Of a DNA stretch of 64,000 nucleotides, positions 50,760-64,000 are shown piece by piece. Below the pieces are notes generated by a model. That model saw only the letters and a program-made list of their open reading frames with translations, made no database searches and was not told the DNA's origin. Each line of letters starts with the position of its first letter. Positions within the stretch are counted from its first letter, which is position 1. The translations under genes and the position numbers were made by a program. The DNA is from Octopus sinensis (taxonomy: Eukaryota), in NCBI RefSeq assembly GCF_006345805.1, contig NC_043002.1, positions 101,060,001 through 101,124,000 of the forward strand, given 5' to 3'.

Positions 50760-52050
50760 TTTACAGGTAGGTGTTTAGGCCAATTGTAGCAAACTTCATT
50801 GTTAATTCCAGTGTAAAAGTTCACGGCTTTAGCAAGTAAAGTCGTTCTATATCTGCCTTAGGGCGGTGCATTCTATTCATTGTTAAAGATTTCCATATTT
50901 TTTTTTTGTCAAGATTACATATTTCAATAATTGACCAGTTAATGACATTGAAACTGTAAGTCACGACCGGTAAGGCGGCTAAAGTATTGATCGCTTCGAT
51001 CTTGTTCTGCATTCAGCTCTCTCTTAACATTCTCTTCTGATCCTTTCCTTCATCATTGAATGTTTGATTCCATCACCGTCGCTGTTCTATTCTCAGTCGT
51101 TCTCAATCCCATCCTACTAGCAGCCTTGATAAGATTATTTGTTTGTGTGATGTTCTTTGTTTCGATGTGTCTCAGTACAATATTGACTTTATTCGTCTCT
51201 TATTTTAGTCTCCATTAGTTAGCCTTCTTAAAATCGCCAATAAATTCTGTCGCTTCCGTATTTAATAGATCCAAAATACTGTTTATTATTAATCGACCTT
51301 CATTATTTGAATAGCCACCGATCTCAATTCTTTCACAGTTCTCGGTATTATATTCTTGCGAACAACTTTTCAACTCTTCCACTTTACCACTTTCATTTCT
51401 CGCATGCTCAACCTCACCCGATATCCTTCTTTAAATAGCTTCTAGCTCCAATTCTGTAAACCATCCATTCTTTCGTAATTTCGAACAATTCCATTGCCTT
51501 CCATTCACTGTGTATTCGTTTCTTATACCTTCTAAAAGGCACCCAATTCGCCTTTTCTCATACTTCTCCTGTCGGTTTAGCAAAAGAGTCAACCAAGACT
51601 GCAGGACTCTTACTACCCATAAGTTGAACATGGTCCCTTCACATTTCTGTTGGGCACCATGATCATGATTCTCATTAGGAGATAGGTGAGCGTCAGTTGG
51701 TCCCGTATCTTCATCTAAATATTGCACCGGAGATTAAGTCCCGATTGGTGGGTCATTCACCTTCATCCTAGGCATGGAATCATTGGACACTGACAGGTTG
51801 TCACTCCTGTGACTAAGGACTCCTATATAAGCCAGTTTAAAATCAGGCTCCTTCTCCTAGATAGACTGCCAACAAGGGATCACGAGTTCTATCTACCCGT
51901 TTTCCGAATGGCCATTGACTCTTCCTCTGCCCTTTTCCAGGATATGTTTTTAATCCTGCAGGAAGTTGAAATCCACCCTCCTCACCAAGCAAGCAAGCAT
52001 AGTGGGGTTGTCGGTTTAGTCGCCGACGACTCGACGGTTTCATAACGCCA
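50760..52050 (-). mobile_element. R4/Dong-like LINE remnant
   Basis: NKIEAINTLAALPVVTYSF..MNRMHRPKADIERLYL matches 36052-36423; N-terminal KNGWFTELELE segment. Confidence 0.75.
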
Positions 52051-52759
52051 CTTGTTAATCATTCTGGTTAATTCTTGTTCTCTATTACAATTTCACTATT
52101 ACTACTATAATCCTTATCTTATTACTTCCTAGTTTACTATTATAGTTCCACAATTATTGCTATAATTATATTATTACTATAAGGACGGGAAGTGTTAGTA
52201 TTGTCACACGTGATTTCTTTAGACAATAAATGATGGCAGATTTACGACTGTTGTAATTCTTTATTGCAGATTTACGACTGTTGGTTTAGCTACTGCTTCT
52301 GCGACGTTAAATAGAGGTCCGAGCATGTGTCTACTAATACAAGCTGTTTGATTGGACTGGTAGTTGATAAAGCTGGCGGTCGATTAAGGGTGGGTGGGAG
52401 GTAATTTTTGAGAGTAGCGTCGGCAAGTTGAGACTACCATAGCTAAGTTATCAAAGTTTATAGACAACATTTCACAGATTTAAGAAGCTAAGGTATTCTA
52501 TCTATAATCACCCCATCGTACTTACGTTTACGATTTTATTTATGGCAAATTACATCGTACTTTGGATATAAAAATCTATACAGATCTCAAAGATTTAGCA
52601 AACATAGAAAGTTCTAGAAAAGGCTTACACATTTTTGGAAGGAGTTGTTAAATGACCGTGTTGTCGTGTGAAGGATTTCAGCAGCACTGAGAACCCATTG
52701 TAAGAAGAGGGAGACGTAGAGGAATGGGTCAGGTAAGCTTGACAAAATCCCATTATTAT

Positions 52760-53428
<669 letters not shown>

Positions 53429-53753
53429 TTTATTTTTTAACCCTTCACACCAAGTCCTTTTGCTCTGCGCAAACCATGCAGGTAGGAGAAACCTTTGTAG
53501 AAGAACGTATCATTAAATTGCTATCACTATACTCTTCACACGTATTTGTGTTATCAAAACAGGACTGGCAAAAGAGGTAATGATACGACTGAATTTCATA
53601 TATGGATTAGAAGGAAGCAAAGGATATGATTTCAGTTGGATATTATTGGAAACATTTTTACCTTCTAGTTTATAAAAAAAGTACCTTCGAAAATATCCAC
53701 TGTACAAAAGTGCTGGATAGATATTATTATAATATACGTTTTTTTTTTTTTAG

Positions 53754-53888
53754 GGTGTAGAGGATGTTTCTACAAGGAAAAATGCCATGAGGAGGGAAGA
53801 AGATGGTTGGAAAAGTATTCCTATAAATGTGCCAGGAACGAATGCATGCGTATTGATGGTAAATTGCAAGTAGCTGAACGAGAAGTGT
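53754..53888 (+). CDS. Gene B exon 3: Cys module 1
   Basis: (T)13ag|GG...GTGT|gtaagt, phase 1-1, 135 nt. Encodes (G)CRGCFYKEKCHEEGRRWLEKYSYKCARNECMRIDGKLQVAEREV. Confidence 0.9.
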
Positions 53889-54179
53889 GTAAGTTGACAA
53901 AGAAAACTTTCGTTTCCTCTATTCACTACGTGATTTTATGTATCAAAATCCCAATGAAAGTTTATATTTGCTTTGCTGTGTTTTGAATGCGATAGGCTTT
54001 GTTCAGTAACTCTTAATTATTGAGCAGCGTTAACTGTGAGACTTATACACAGATAATATGAAGACATCTTGAATGGTTCGTAACAATTGTTTCTGTACCA
54101 AATCTGATTGTGATTCCAGTTTACGCAATAATCGAAATTAAGATTAACGCAGTGGTTCCGCTTTCAGAAGTTAATGTAT

Positions 54180-54526
54180 CACTTGCTGGTCTGGCATCTA
54201 CAGTCTAGTTTCAGGGTATTTGTCACTTATTAATGCAGAGCGGCTGTACCAGTCATGTGTCGCTACTGCGCCTGCCATGTTTCCTGACTGCTATGTTAAC
54301 TTGGCGATAACTATTAATAACAAGTACTGCTGCCGTAGTCTCCATTAGAGAGACTTAGAAATATTAATATTTCTATTTTTGAAAACCAGTGGATGTATTC
54401 CACTGAATTTAGGTAAATAATCCTTCAAAGAGACGGTCAGTAGCAACATCTGGGTGGTTCGGCTGCTCTGCATTGATAAGGGACAAATACCCTGAAATTA
54501 GTCTGTAGGTGCCAGACCAGTAAGTG
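54180..54526. repeat. Fold-back element: ~89-bp inverted arms around a ~170-bp spacer
   Basis: 54180-54268 versus reverse complement of 54438-54526, about 85% identical. Confidence 0.85.
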
Positions 54527-54799
54527 GAAGCGGCTGACTTCCCCTATTCAAAGTTTATAATGGACACAGGTTTGTGTGTTACATAACTAGCTAGAGGCAA
54601 CGGCCTCTTGGAGTTATTCAACGGCAGCATTCATCCTATTTTCCTGGACTGCCATATTAGCTTGGCAATAACAATATATACACACATACATACATACATA
54701 CATACATACATACATACATACATACAAATATACATACATACATACATACATACATACATACATACATACATACATACATACATACATACATACATTATG

Positions 54800-54849
<50 letters not shown>

Positions 54850-55278
54850 TGTATATGTATATGTATGTATGTATACGTTACAACTAAACGTATAACGATA
54901 CTATTATACAAACTGTGGTTCCATACACACAATTTATAATTAAAAGCTAGGCACACGTATTGATGCACACACTCTCTCGAATACGAATGCCTACATACGA
55001 CAACACCTCGACCCAAATAAGCACAAAAAATATACCCAAGTTACTTCCATAAATTTGATGCACAACACCTCTATTCTACGCTGTTACATTAAACTTCAGT
55101 CAATATAATATTCAGTTTTGTCATCATGTTAGCAGCCCTCCCAAAATCAACTAAAATTTAGAAAAGAACAACAGTCAGTAACATTATCTAGCGTGGCTTA
55201 ATCCGTAGTATTTTGTTCATGCGACATTGAGGACACATTAAGGTGTTCAGTAGGTTCACTAAAAGATAACTTTTATAA

Positions 55279-55990
55279 GGTGTGAAGGCGCGTGGCCTAG
55301 AGGTTACGGCAATTGGCTCACGGTCGTGAGTTCGATTATTGTCAGCGCTTTGTGTTCTTGAGCAAGACACTTTAATGCACGTTGCCGCAGTAGGTTCACT
55401 AAAAGATAACTTTTATAACCTTTCTACTTTAGGCAGAAGGCCTGAAATTTGTGGGGAGGGGAAAGTGGATTAGATCGACACCAGTACGCCAATGATACTT
55501 AATTCATCGACCCAGAAAGGATGAAAGGCAAAGTGAACCTCAGCGTAAATTGAACTCAGAACATGAAAACGGACGAAATACCGATAAGCATTGCGCCCGG
55601 CGTGCTTACGATTCTTATTTCTTTACTACCCACAAGGGGCTAAACACAGAGAGGACAAACAAGGACAGACAAACGGATTAAGTCGATTATATCGACCCCA
55701 GTGCGTGACTGGTACTTAATTTATCGACCCCGAAAATATGAAAGGCAAAGTCGACCTCGGCGGAATTGGAACTCAGAACGAAATACGGCTACGAATTTCG
55801 CCAGGCATGCTAACGTTTCTGCCAGCTCGTCGCCTTTGATAAATTTTATAACGTGTGAAGGAACGTGGCTTAATGGTTAGGGCATTCGGCTCATGGTCGT
55901 GAGTTCGATTCTTGGCAGTGTGTTGCGTTCTTGAGCAAGACACTTTAATTCACATTGTCCCAGTCCATTCAACTAGCAGAAATGAGTCTT
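55279..55990. mobile_element. SINE cluster: two + strand heads (55279-55387, 55853-55990), an old - strand SINE (55419-55614) and a tailed - strand SINE (55615-55836)
   Basis: tRNA-like heads gtgtgaagg..cgtggc...gagttcgatt; core and tail as at 25196. Confidence 0.82.
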
Positions 55991-56583
55991 ACCTGTAATT
56001 ATCATATTATGAAACACCCTCAGAACTAAGTTAAGGGCACAAAACTAAAACCCTCGATGTTGTGACCGGCGTAATGTCAGTTTTACCTATATACCCGAAT
56101 ATAATGCTTCCAAATACCTTTCATGTTACTGGTGTATATAGAAACAGAAATGTGTTCTACCTGTCCTTTAAAACCAGCAACAAACAATACAAACGAATAC
56201 TTTAATCTATTCCGATTTTAGGAATATGAACTCAATATCCAAAATGCGTAATAAGTTACGTTAAATGAATATATATACCAGAATATCACTAACTGAAACG
56301 ATGAGAGGGCAAAATAGTTAGCACGCCGGGCATTTTCGCTTACCGGAAATTTTAATGGCTTTCTGACTTGAATTCATACTTCTTCGAGGTCGGTTTTGTA
56401 TTCGATCCCTTCCAGACGGATAAAATAATTACCATTTAAGCATTAGAGTCATTGTAATCGACTTACCCGTTCCTCTGAAATTGCTGACATTTTGCCGAAG
56501 TTTTGGGCCAGTATAGGCATAATTATGTCACCGAAATAGTTTAAATAGAATAATCAATACAGTGATCGTTTTCTTATCAACAG

Positions 56584-56731
56584 ATTGTCGGTTCTTTAAT
56601 GCCCTATGTTCTAAGGGAAACACAGATTATATAACCATCAAAAATGGCAACTGCTGGAATCACACCTGCGTATATCATTCAAAATATCGCATTCAAGCCG
56701 ACGTGTCATATGCCGGAAAATGTTCACGTCT
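56584..56731 (+). CDS. Gene B exon 4: Cys module 2
   Basis: ttttcttatcaacag|AT. Encodes (Y)CRFFNALCSKGNTDYITIKNGNCWNHTCVYHSKYRIQADVSYAGKCSR; donor GTGAGT at 56732; Cys spacing identical to gene A exon 4. Confidence 0.88.
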
Positions 56732-56958
56732 GTGAGTATATATTTTAAGCTATTTGATTTAACCCATGTAGTATATTTTCTCCATATTACAGTTGCGTTG
56801 TCCTTGTAATTCTTCCTCTTCAGTTCTAAATTTTACTCCAGTTAGCTCGAATTTAGATGTGGAAATACAAATCTTAACATTTCCAGTAGAATGATAAAAC
56901 TGTTAAAATCGCTATTTTATATTTTTTGAAATTTAAAACGTGTCTGTTTCTCTTTCAG

Positions 56959-57121
56959 GGAAACCCATGTCAAGCTGCTTTCTATTTGTTTAGTTGAGCA
57001 TGATTACGGCCACTTGAATGGTTTACATGAACAAATAGATACATGTATTTATCTATTTTTAAATGCGGTTCTCATTCCATCGGTGTCTTTGTGGGACACC
57101 GAATACACGGACAAAATATAA
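56959..57121 (+). CDS. Gene B exon 5: possible 54-aa C-terminal extension (homologous region is 3' UTR in gene A)
   Basis: Acceptor ctgtttctctttcag at 56958; frame continues LETHVKLLSICLVEHDYGHLNGLHEQIDTCIYLFLNAVLIPSVSLWDTEYTDKI* (total 176 aa). Confidence 0.5.
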
Positions 57122-57502
57122 AACCAACAAACATATAAGCACATTATATATATATGTGAGTGTGTGTGTATATATATGCATACATATATATACATATGCA
57201 CACACATACATATATATATATGACGGATTTTGACAAAGTTTCTTTCTACAGAATTTATCTAAATTCATTATGATCCAATCAGGTCTATAGGAAACTAAAC
57301 TTGCGCACGGAAACGTAAAAGTGGGAGTGAACGTGTTTGCACGTGGTTTGAAACCGATTATGGAGGTTCAAATAGTTCTAAGGGTTTTGTCATAACATTA
57401 AGAACTGAAATTATTATACGAAACATGCATAGCATGCATATATATATGCATGTGCATATAAATATATATAAATATATATATGCGTATATATATACATATA
57501 TA

Positions 57503-57572
<70 letters not shown>

Positions 57573-57579
57573 TAGTAAA

Positions 57580-58380
57580 CAAGGGCTAAATAAAATTATT
57601 TCTATGCCAATATGCTGATAACGGACTTTTAAATCGTCAATTTCCACGTATTATTTATTCGCTACAGAAAACACGTAGAGCTGAAATCGAGGAATGTTAG
57701 CCAACAGGATCTTTTAAGAACGTTCGTTAATTCTGTATTGAATCAATTTCGGAATTATTCTCATAATAGATTTTTTCCTCCTCAGTAGAAAATACGAAAA
57801 GAAATAAATGAAATACTTGTATGTGCCCATGGAAAAAAAAGCCGAAGAAAAAATCATGAGTACATATAAGTACCCCAGATATATCTAAATATAAAATTCT
57901 TTGGTCAGCCTCAGAACCCGTGTGAACTATTCTCCACTACAGCTTATAGTGGTTACCAGCCCCTATAGCGAAAGGTAATAAGTCTACTACTAATATAGGA
58001 TGAAGTTTTTTTATAGAAAAAAATTCCATAAAAAAATGTGGCAACATATTAAAATGCCCTTAAGGTTAAAATTATAAACAACTTATAAACAAGAGCTAAA
58101 GAAAATAATTTCTATGCCAATATGCTGATAACAGACTTTTAAATCGTCAATTTCCACATATTATTTATTCGTTACAGAAAATACGTACAGCTGAAATCGA
58201 GGAAAGCTAGCCAACAATCGAGGAAATCTAGGATTTTATATTTAGATATAGCTGGGGTACTTTATCCCTTGTTTATAAGTTGTTTATAATTTTAACCTTA
58301 AATGTATTTGAATATGCTGCCACATTTTTTGATGGAATTTTTTTTCTGTAAAAAAACTTCATCCTATATTAGTAGTAGTA
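57580..58380. repeat. Composite direct + inverted repeat (dispersed element; further copy on the opposite strand at ~40655-40790)
   Basis: Direct copies 57581-57705 and 58091-58215; inverted pairs ~57985-58093/58269-58378 and ~57870-57900/58231-58260. Confidence 0.75.
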
Positions 58381-58429
<49 letters not shown>

Positions 58430-59099
58430 TGTGTGTGTGTGTGTGTGTGTATGTGTTTGCTTGTATATGTATGTGTACGTATGCGTAAATGTCGAACAAT
58501 GAAATGATTGCTCAACACCACATTGGTGAATAATAATCTCTATATTTGTGAATTAAGGCTACCATTGATTTCCTGCTAAGAAAAGTAGGGAAATATCGTA
58601 GTGTCTTAACAATTTCCCAATGCGATCACATGGAGAAAGGTGTTCACCTCCATTGCAGAAAACAGTCTCGAATCGTTCATTCTAGTAAATTCTAGTCAGT
58701 AAAACAATGAACCAATGGATCAAGGGACGTTACTCTTGAGTGCCATCTTTTTGATGTTTGTCTCCCTTGGATTTGTCTTTAGAAGTAAATATTTTTATGA
58801 TTAATTTTTTGAATTATTTTTCATTATTTTGTTTTTGTTCTGTCCTTGGATTCTTTTTCTTGTATAATGAGGGAGTTCGTTATTAGGGCGTACTCCTTAT
58901 TCGTGTGAAGATAGTGTGCTATGTGTCTTCACCTTTAGGAAAGGGGTTATCCTGGGAGAGCTACCCAGGGGGTCTACTTTGGAATATTCGAGTCATATAA
59001 CGTCACGTTAAATGACTTGATGTTAAAGGACGTTAAATGACGTTACATGACGTGACGTTAAACGGAATGTCAAGTCACGTCATGGAATGGAATGGAATG

Positions 59100-59430
59100 T
59101 CATGTGTGGAATGTCTGGAATGTCAGGAATGTCTGACATTCCAGACATTCCAGATATTCCTGACATTCCTGACAATCCATACATTGCTGACATTCCAGAC
59201 ATTCCCAACTTTCCAGATATTCCTGACATTCCCGACATCCCAGGCATTCCAGACATTTCTGACATTCCAGATATTCCAGACAAGACATTCCAGACATCCT
59301 TGACATTCAAACATTCCTGACATTCCAGATATTCCTGACATTCACGACATCCCAGGCGTTCCAGACATTCCTGATATTCCCGACTTTCCTGTCATTCCAA
59401 ACATTCCTTACGTTCCAGACATTCCAGACA
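59100..59430. repeat. Degenerate 9-bp minisatellite (ATTCCAGAC/ATTCCTGAC) with a strand switch at ~59135
   Basis: About 30 units on + strand, preceded by ~3 inverted units. Confidence 0.9.
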
Positions 59431-59738
59431 TGAATATGCGTGAGGATTATGAGGAGGGCTGTTATGTTAGAATGGCACTAAAGGTGGGTACCAAAAGATA
59501 TATAGGGGTGTTCTAAAGTGAGTAGTAGATCACAAAAGGGAAGGGAGGAATACTAAGATATAATGGTCAAATTTCTATAAATAGACATATTGAGGTGGCT
59601 AGTGTGGGATGAGTTATCAGAGGGAAAGAAAGAAGTGTATATTGATATATCCACGCGTGCACACACATACATATGTGTGTGTATATTCACTATTATATAG
59701 GCCTGCGTAGCTGTGCACTTGGACACGTACGCATGTTG

Positions 59739-59805
<67 letters not shown>

Positions 59806-59948
59806 GTATATATACATGCACACGCACACACCAATACAGAAATGCATACGCGCATACACGTGCGTACATATACACACATGCACGTGACACAAACATACAC
59901 ACACATTTATACATATATACATATATATATACATACATACATACATAT

Positions 59949-59998
<50 letters not shown>

Positions 59999-60099
59999 TT
60001 ATCCGCATGCGTGCCCATTTATATAGTATTAAACAATTAAAAAAAGATTGGAGAGTGAAGAAATTAAAAACGGAGACAATAGAAAGTCAAATAGGGTTG

Positions 60100-61560
60100 T
60101 TAAGGATTACCTGAGTGGTGTTCGGATTAAGTGTTGTTTAAGCAGCATTTAGATTTAGGCAAAATTTGAAAGTATGAAAAAATCGGGTTTGCATGTACCT
60201 AGTGCCTCATTGCGTATATTTACTAGTATTGAAGCGTTGTGTTTTAATATGTGGAATGTCTCTTTTAGGCATAACTTACAGGCTAAGCGTTGACCTTTTG
60301 TATGGAAGCCTTGAGTTTTATGAACCATGACAAGATGTAGGGAAAATTTCTAATTTTGAGATGATGCATGTGACTGGCGTGTGTTGTGGATTTACTGTGT
60401 TTCTCGTACCTAAAAGAATTGATATGTACGGGATGTCTCTGTTAAAAAGTAATAGTTGATCCTACATATATGGTTGTAGTATTGTGTAACGTTTTTAGGA
60501 GGATGCATTTATAAATTACATTAGACATTTTGCAATGGTTTTGTAGAGGGCAGATGTTCCCAGAACGGCAGCTATGTATACACTGGGTGCACGTGTATCC
60601 AGAGATGTTACAATGTGAGTTTTGATAATAGAGAGAATGTTTTCGTTTATTAGAGGCTGTTATGATATATTCAAATTTGGGTGGGGAAGGGCAGGATAAC
60701 TTTAATGTAAATCTGTTAAAGATAGAGTGATATATATGTTGACACAGGAAAGTTGGTCTCTAGTATGTTAAAAATTTATTTAGCTAAGTTCTTAACTTTT
60801 AGTGTGAAGGTAGGTGTATACCATAGAATAGAGCGTCCGCCGCTTTTATGTTGGTTGTTTAGGGGAAGTATTATCTATATTTTTAGAAATTAGAGGGAGT
60901 AATATGGCACGTTATTGTTAGCCGTTATAGCTTTTGATCTACTGTTATATGTCTTGGAGTTTTAGTATAATGTATGTGTGATTCTGCTGGTTGGAATGTC
61001 GTTGTGATATGAATTGAGATATATGTTGCTTGAACCTTGTATTAGGGTTGTATTTTATTTGTCGGCAGAAGCCGTTGGCAGTAAGTTCATGGTTGTTATG
61101 TTGGTCTGGTTACTGAATATTTCCTCAGTGGATAATTTGTCAGATATACGAATCGAGATATCCTTAACTATATTATCAAAGGTGGATTTGTGCTGATTGG
61201 AATTAATGTTTAAGTAATTAAGGTTAGGTTTGTGATATGGGGAGTATTGCGACATTCCTAAGTTTAGAGTTACGACTAAAAATTAGTGGATTTGTGGAAA
61301 TTTTCAAAAGGATTAGCAAGGTGGATGCGAGAGAAAAAATTGTGTAGATCTTTCCTAGCTCGTTATAAAGAGGATTTATTTACGCTCTTGGTGACGAGCT
61401 AGTCGTCATCTCTAAAGAGGCTTTCCTTGATGTTAGGGAAATGTATTTGAGGCTAGTGGAGTATGTATAGTCCAACGAAGTCAGTGACTTGGACGGTTTC
61501 GGATGATCCTATTGTAATGTCAAACAATTTACTATGGTTAATGTTAGTTATAGTGGATCA
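60100..61560 (-). mobile_element. Degenerate Penelope-like element (RT + GIY-YIG)
   Basis: FDITIGSSETVQVTDFVGLYILH..LFRDD; PYHKPN..NSNQH...RISDKLSTEEIF; ILWYTPTF...ILETNFP. Confidence 0.78.
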
Positions 61561-61830
61561 GCAATTTTTGTCCTAAAAGACTAAGTGCTTTACGTGCATT
61601 AAGGATTATGTTAAATTCTAGTGGGGTTACGTTCCATTCTTTTCCCAAATGACTCCTTATATTGAACTCTAATATTTCCCTCTATTTAAACATCTCACAT
61701 TGTCTCTGGTGAAGGGAGATTCCTACTACCCAGAAACAGTTGCAAGACTATATTTCTCTTTGTAAATGTGCTGAAAATTTCGGACAGCTTTGGCTTTGTT
61801 GTCTCATTTATTTAACATGTGTGCGTGTAT

Positions 61831-61910
<80 letters not shown>

Positions 61911-62388
61911 GTATGTGTGTGCGTGTGTATTGCTTTTGTATCTGCTTTGCTAGATTCTTAATCGGAATTCTTGTGTTGAAAGAAAGTTTGTTGTGTCTGG
62001 GGAGCTAACGCATAAAATTAACAGACACAATATATTAACAAGGTACAATTAACATCTACAATATAATTAACACACACACACTGCTTCAATTCCACTCGTT
62101 TAGCACATTCCAGTTGTTTTCTTTTGTTTGTGAATGCTCTTTAGTTGCTTCTTGCAAACTTCTCTCTGATTTAGTCCGTTATACAGGCGGCATTTTTTTG
62201 TTTCTTTGAGGTTTTGTTGCATACGTGTATGCATAAGAACGTATGCGTGTGTTTGTGCATGTATATAATGTATATATGCATGTGTGTATGTATGCGTGTA
62301 TGTACGTATGTATGGCTATATTCTGTATATTTATGTATTTCTGTGTGTGCGTGCTTGTATGTTTGTGTTTGTGCTAGTTCAGCTTTAC

Positions 62389-62478
<90 letters not shown>

Positions 62479-62593
62479 CTCAGATTTTTCGACATTAAAT
62501 ATATAACTAGACAAAACTATATAGGCTTACTCATACCTCTGTTTACCGTCAACGTGCACATACTTAAAATCAAGAATTTAATGCATATATATG

Positions 62594-62672
<79 letters not shown>

Positions 62673-62700
62673 ATATATACATACATATATATATACATAT

Positions 62701-62731
<31 letters not shown>

Positions 62732-62760
62732 CATACATATATATATATATACATACATAT

Positions 62761-62823
<63 letters not shown>

Positions 62824-63199
62824 ATATAAAGCAAAACTAGAACAAGAACGTAACAGGCGACAACAAAACATCCGGACATTTAGACTACTAAAAAGGACAG
62901 GAAAAAAACCAGGACGAGGTATTCGGAGCTTCCTATTCTCAGTCGAGTACGAGATCATCTCAGTAGTTTCAGCCGGTTACACTCGGGACTGCTCCAATCT
63001 GGCCGGCTCCAAGAAAATCTAAGTTAAGAGCATTAGATTCCTTGGAAGAAAAAACAAGCGAATATATACGAAAACAAGGATGAAAAAACGGAAAATATGG
63101 TACAGAATTACAAATATAAACAACAGGACATTAACAACAGGTGTCTTTCGACTGGAAAACGTGAAGGATTCACTTCCCAGATAAAAAAAACACTATCTC

Positions 63200-63640
63200 A
63201 TCCAGATGCTCTTATTATACCACCAAAGCCATTTGTGATAAATCGACAATTTTAAGTGACGCTCTGCAGAAAATCATAAATATTGTTAACTGTACTCGTG
63301 CCAGTGCAAATAGGCATCGTTATTAATGTAACATGCTGCGGTTAGACAATTAGGTATTGAGTGTGAATTTGAAGTGTCATTCTAAAGTGCGTTAGTGATC
63401 GCAAGCATAGGTGTGAGAACTGTTTTGACTTTACCCGGCAGATAATGCAATTTTATGAAGAACGGAATGAACAATGTGAATTATTTGATGGATATTTCAA
63501 TAGAAATATTGCATTTCTTTGTGATAAGACAAACAGAATGACCTGAATATTTATTTACAGAGTAAAACAAAATCAGTTTATGACGTGGAAAAAATTGAAG
63601 CATTTCTTTTTCAAAGATTTTCTCCTTTAAAATGAAATTT
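63200..63640 (+). mobile_element. hAT (Charlie/SPIN, GTF2IRD2-like) transposase remnant
   Basis: Broken frames IINIVN..RASANRHR, HSKVR, IAFLCD..LNIYLQSK..IEAF. Confidence 0.6.
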
Positions 63641-63819
63641 GGACAGCACACTTAGCTAAAGTAATTTATGAACATGAGGTTGCGTATGAATCCTTTGATG
63701 AATAGCCACTAGATTGACTAGCCCACCCAAATCGGACTCAGATTTTTTTACGTCTGTTTATTGGCTACTTTCTCATTTTTATACATTTGTAGCTTTACCT
63801 TTGTCCCCAGGACTCCTTA

Positions 63820-63995
63820 AAAAATTCATAATGAAAATGCTAAGCATCATGCCATAACGCTGGAAGGCTAAATGGCTATGATAAAACGGCATGAGAAAGG
63901 TGAATAAATGGTACCAATTCCATGACCTTTTGGGATGAGTCGGACAGCTGTATTGAATATTGTACTTAATAAGGATAAGATTTTAGCATACATGG
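63820..63995 (+). mobile_element. Tigger/pogo transposase N-terminal HTH remnant
   Basis: HAITLEG*MAMIKRHEKGE...FGMSRTAVLNIVLNKDKILAH resembles the CENP-B/psq-type N-terminus. Confidence 0.6.
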
Positions 63996-64000
63996 ATTTT

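Noticed and set aside
59037-59341. PDI/GMS-repeat ORFs as a real protein
   Set aside because: Produced by a 9-bp satellite open in most frames on both strands, with no promoter or splice support.
62950-63020. Fourth hammerhead candidate (reverse complement AGCCGG...CCGGCU-GAAAC)
   Set aside because: A stem and GAAAC are present, but there is no recognisable CUGANGA or stem I.

Overview
AT-rich, repeat-dense eukaryotic genomic DNA. The tRNA-derived SINE families, RTE/R4/Penelope landscape and abundant (TA)n/(TATC)n/(AAT)n suggest a cephalopod, probably Octopus; this is an inference, not a database result. Most of the window is transposon debris. The best-preserved elements are a 5'-truncated RTE LINE, a full-length Tx1/L1 element with a 13-bp TSD, and a CR1-group LINE. 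Degenerate remnants include R4/Dong-like LINEs, Penelope-like elements with hammerhead-like motifs, mariner/Tigger/hAT fragments, MITEs and SINEs. Hidden among these, and largely missed by the ORF track, are two tandem paralogous 5-exon genes on the + strand (gene A ~18081-29640, gene B ~39222-57121). They encode small secreted cationic proteins with an identical 10-Cys framework built from two exon-encoded modules. Their coding exons are far more diverged (~30% aa, ~54% nt in exon 3) than the adjacent introns (~80-85%), a toxin- or defence-gene-like pattern. The second main signal is a Tx1 element that shares its 3' tail with a local SINE family and has inserted, like tailed SINE copies, into the head of that SINE. 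All coordinates and identities were read by eye.
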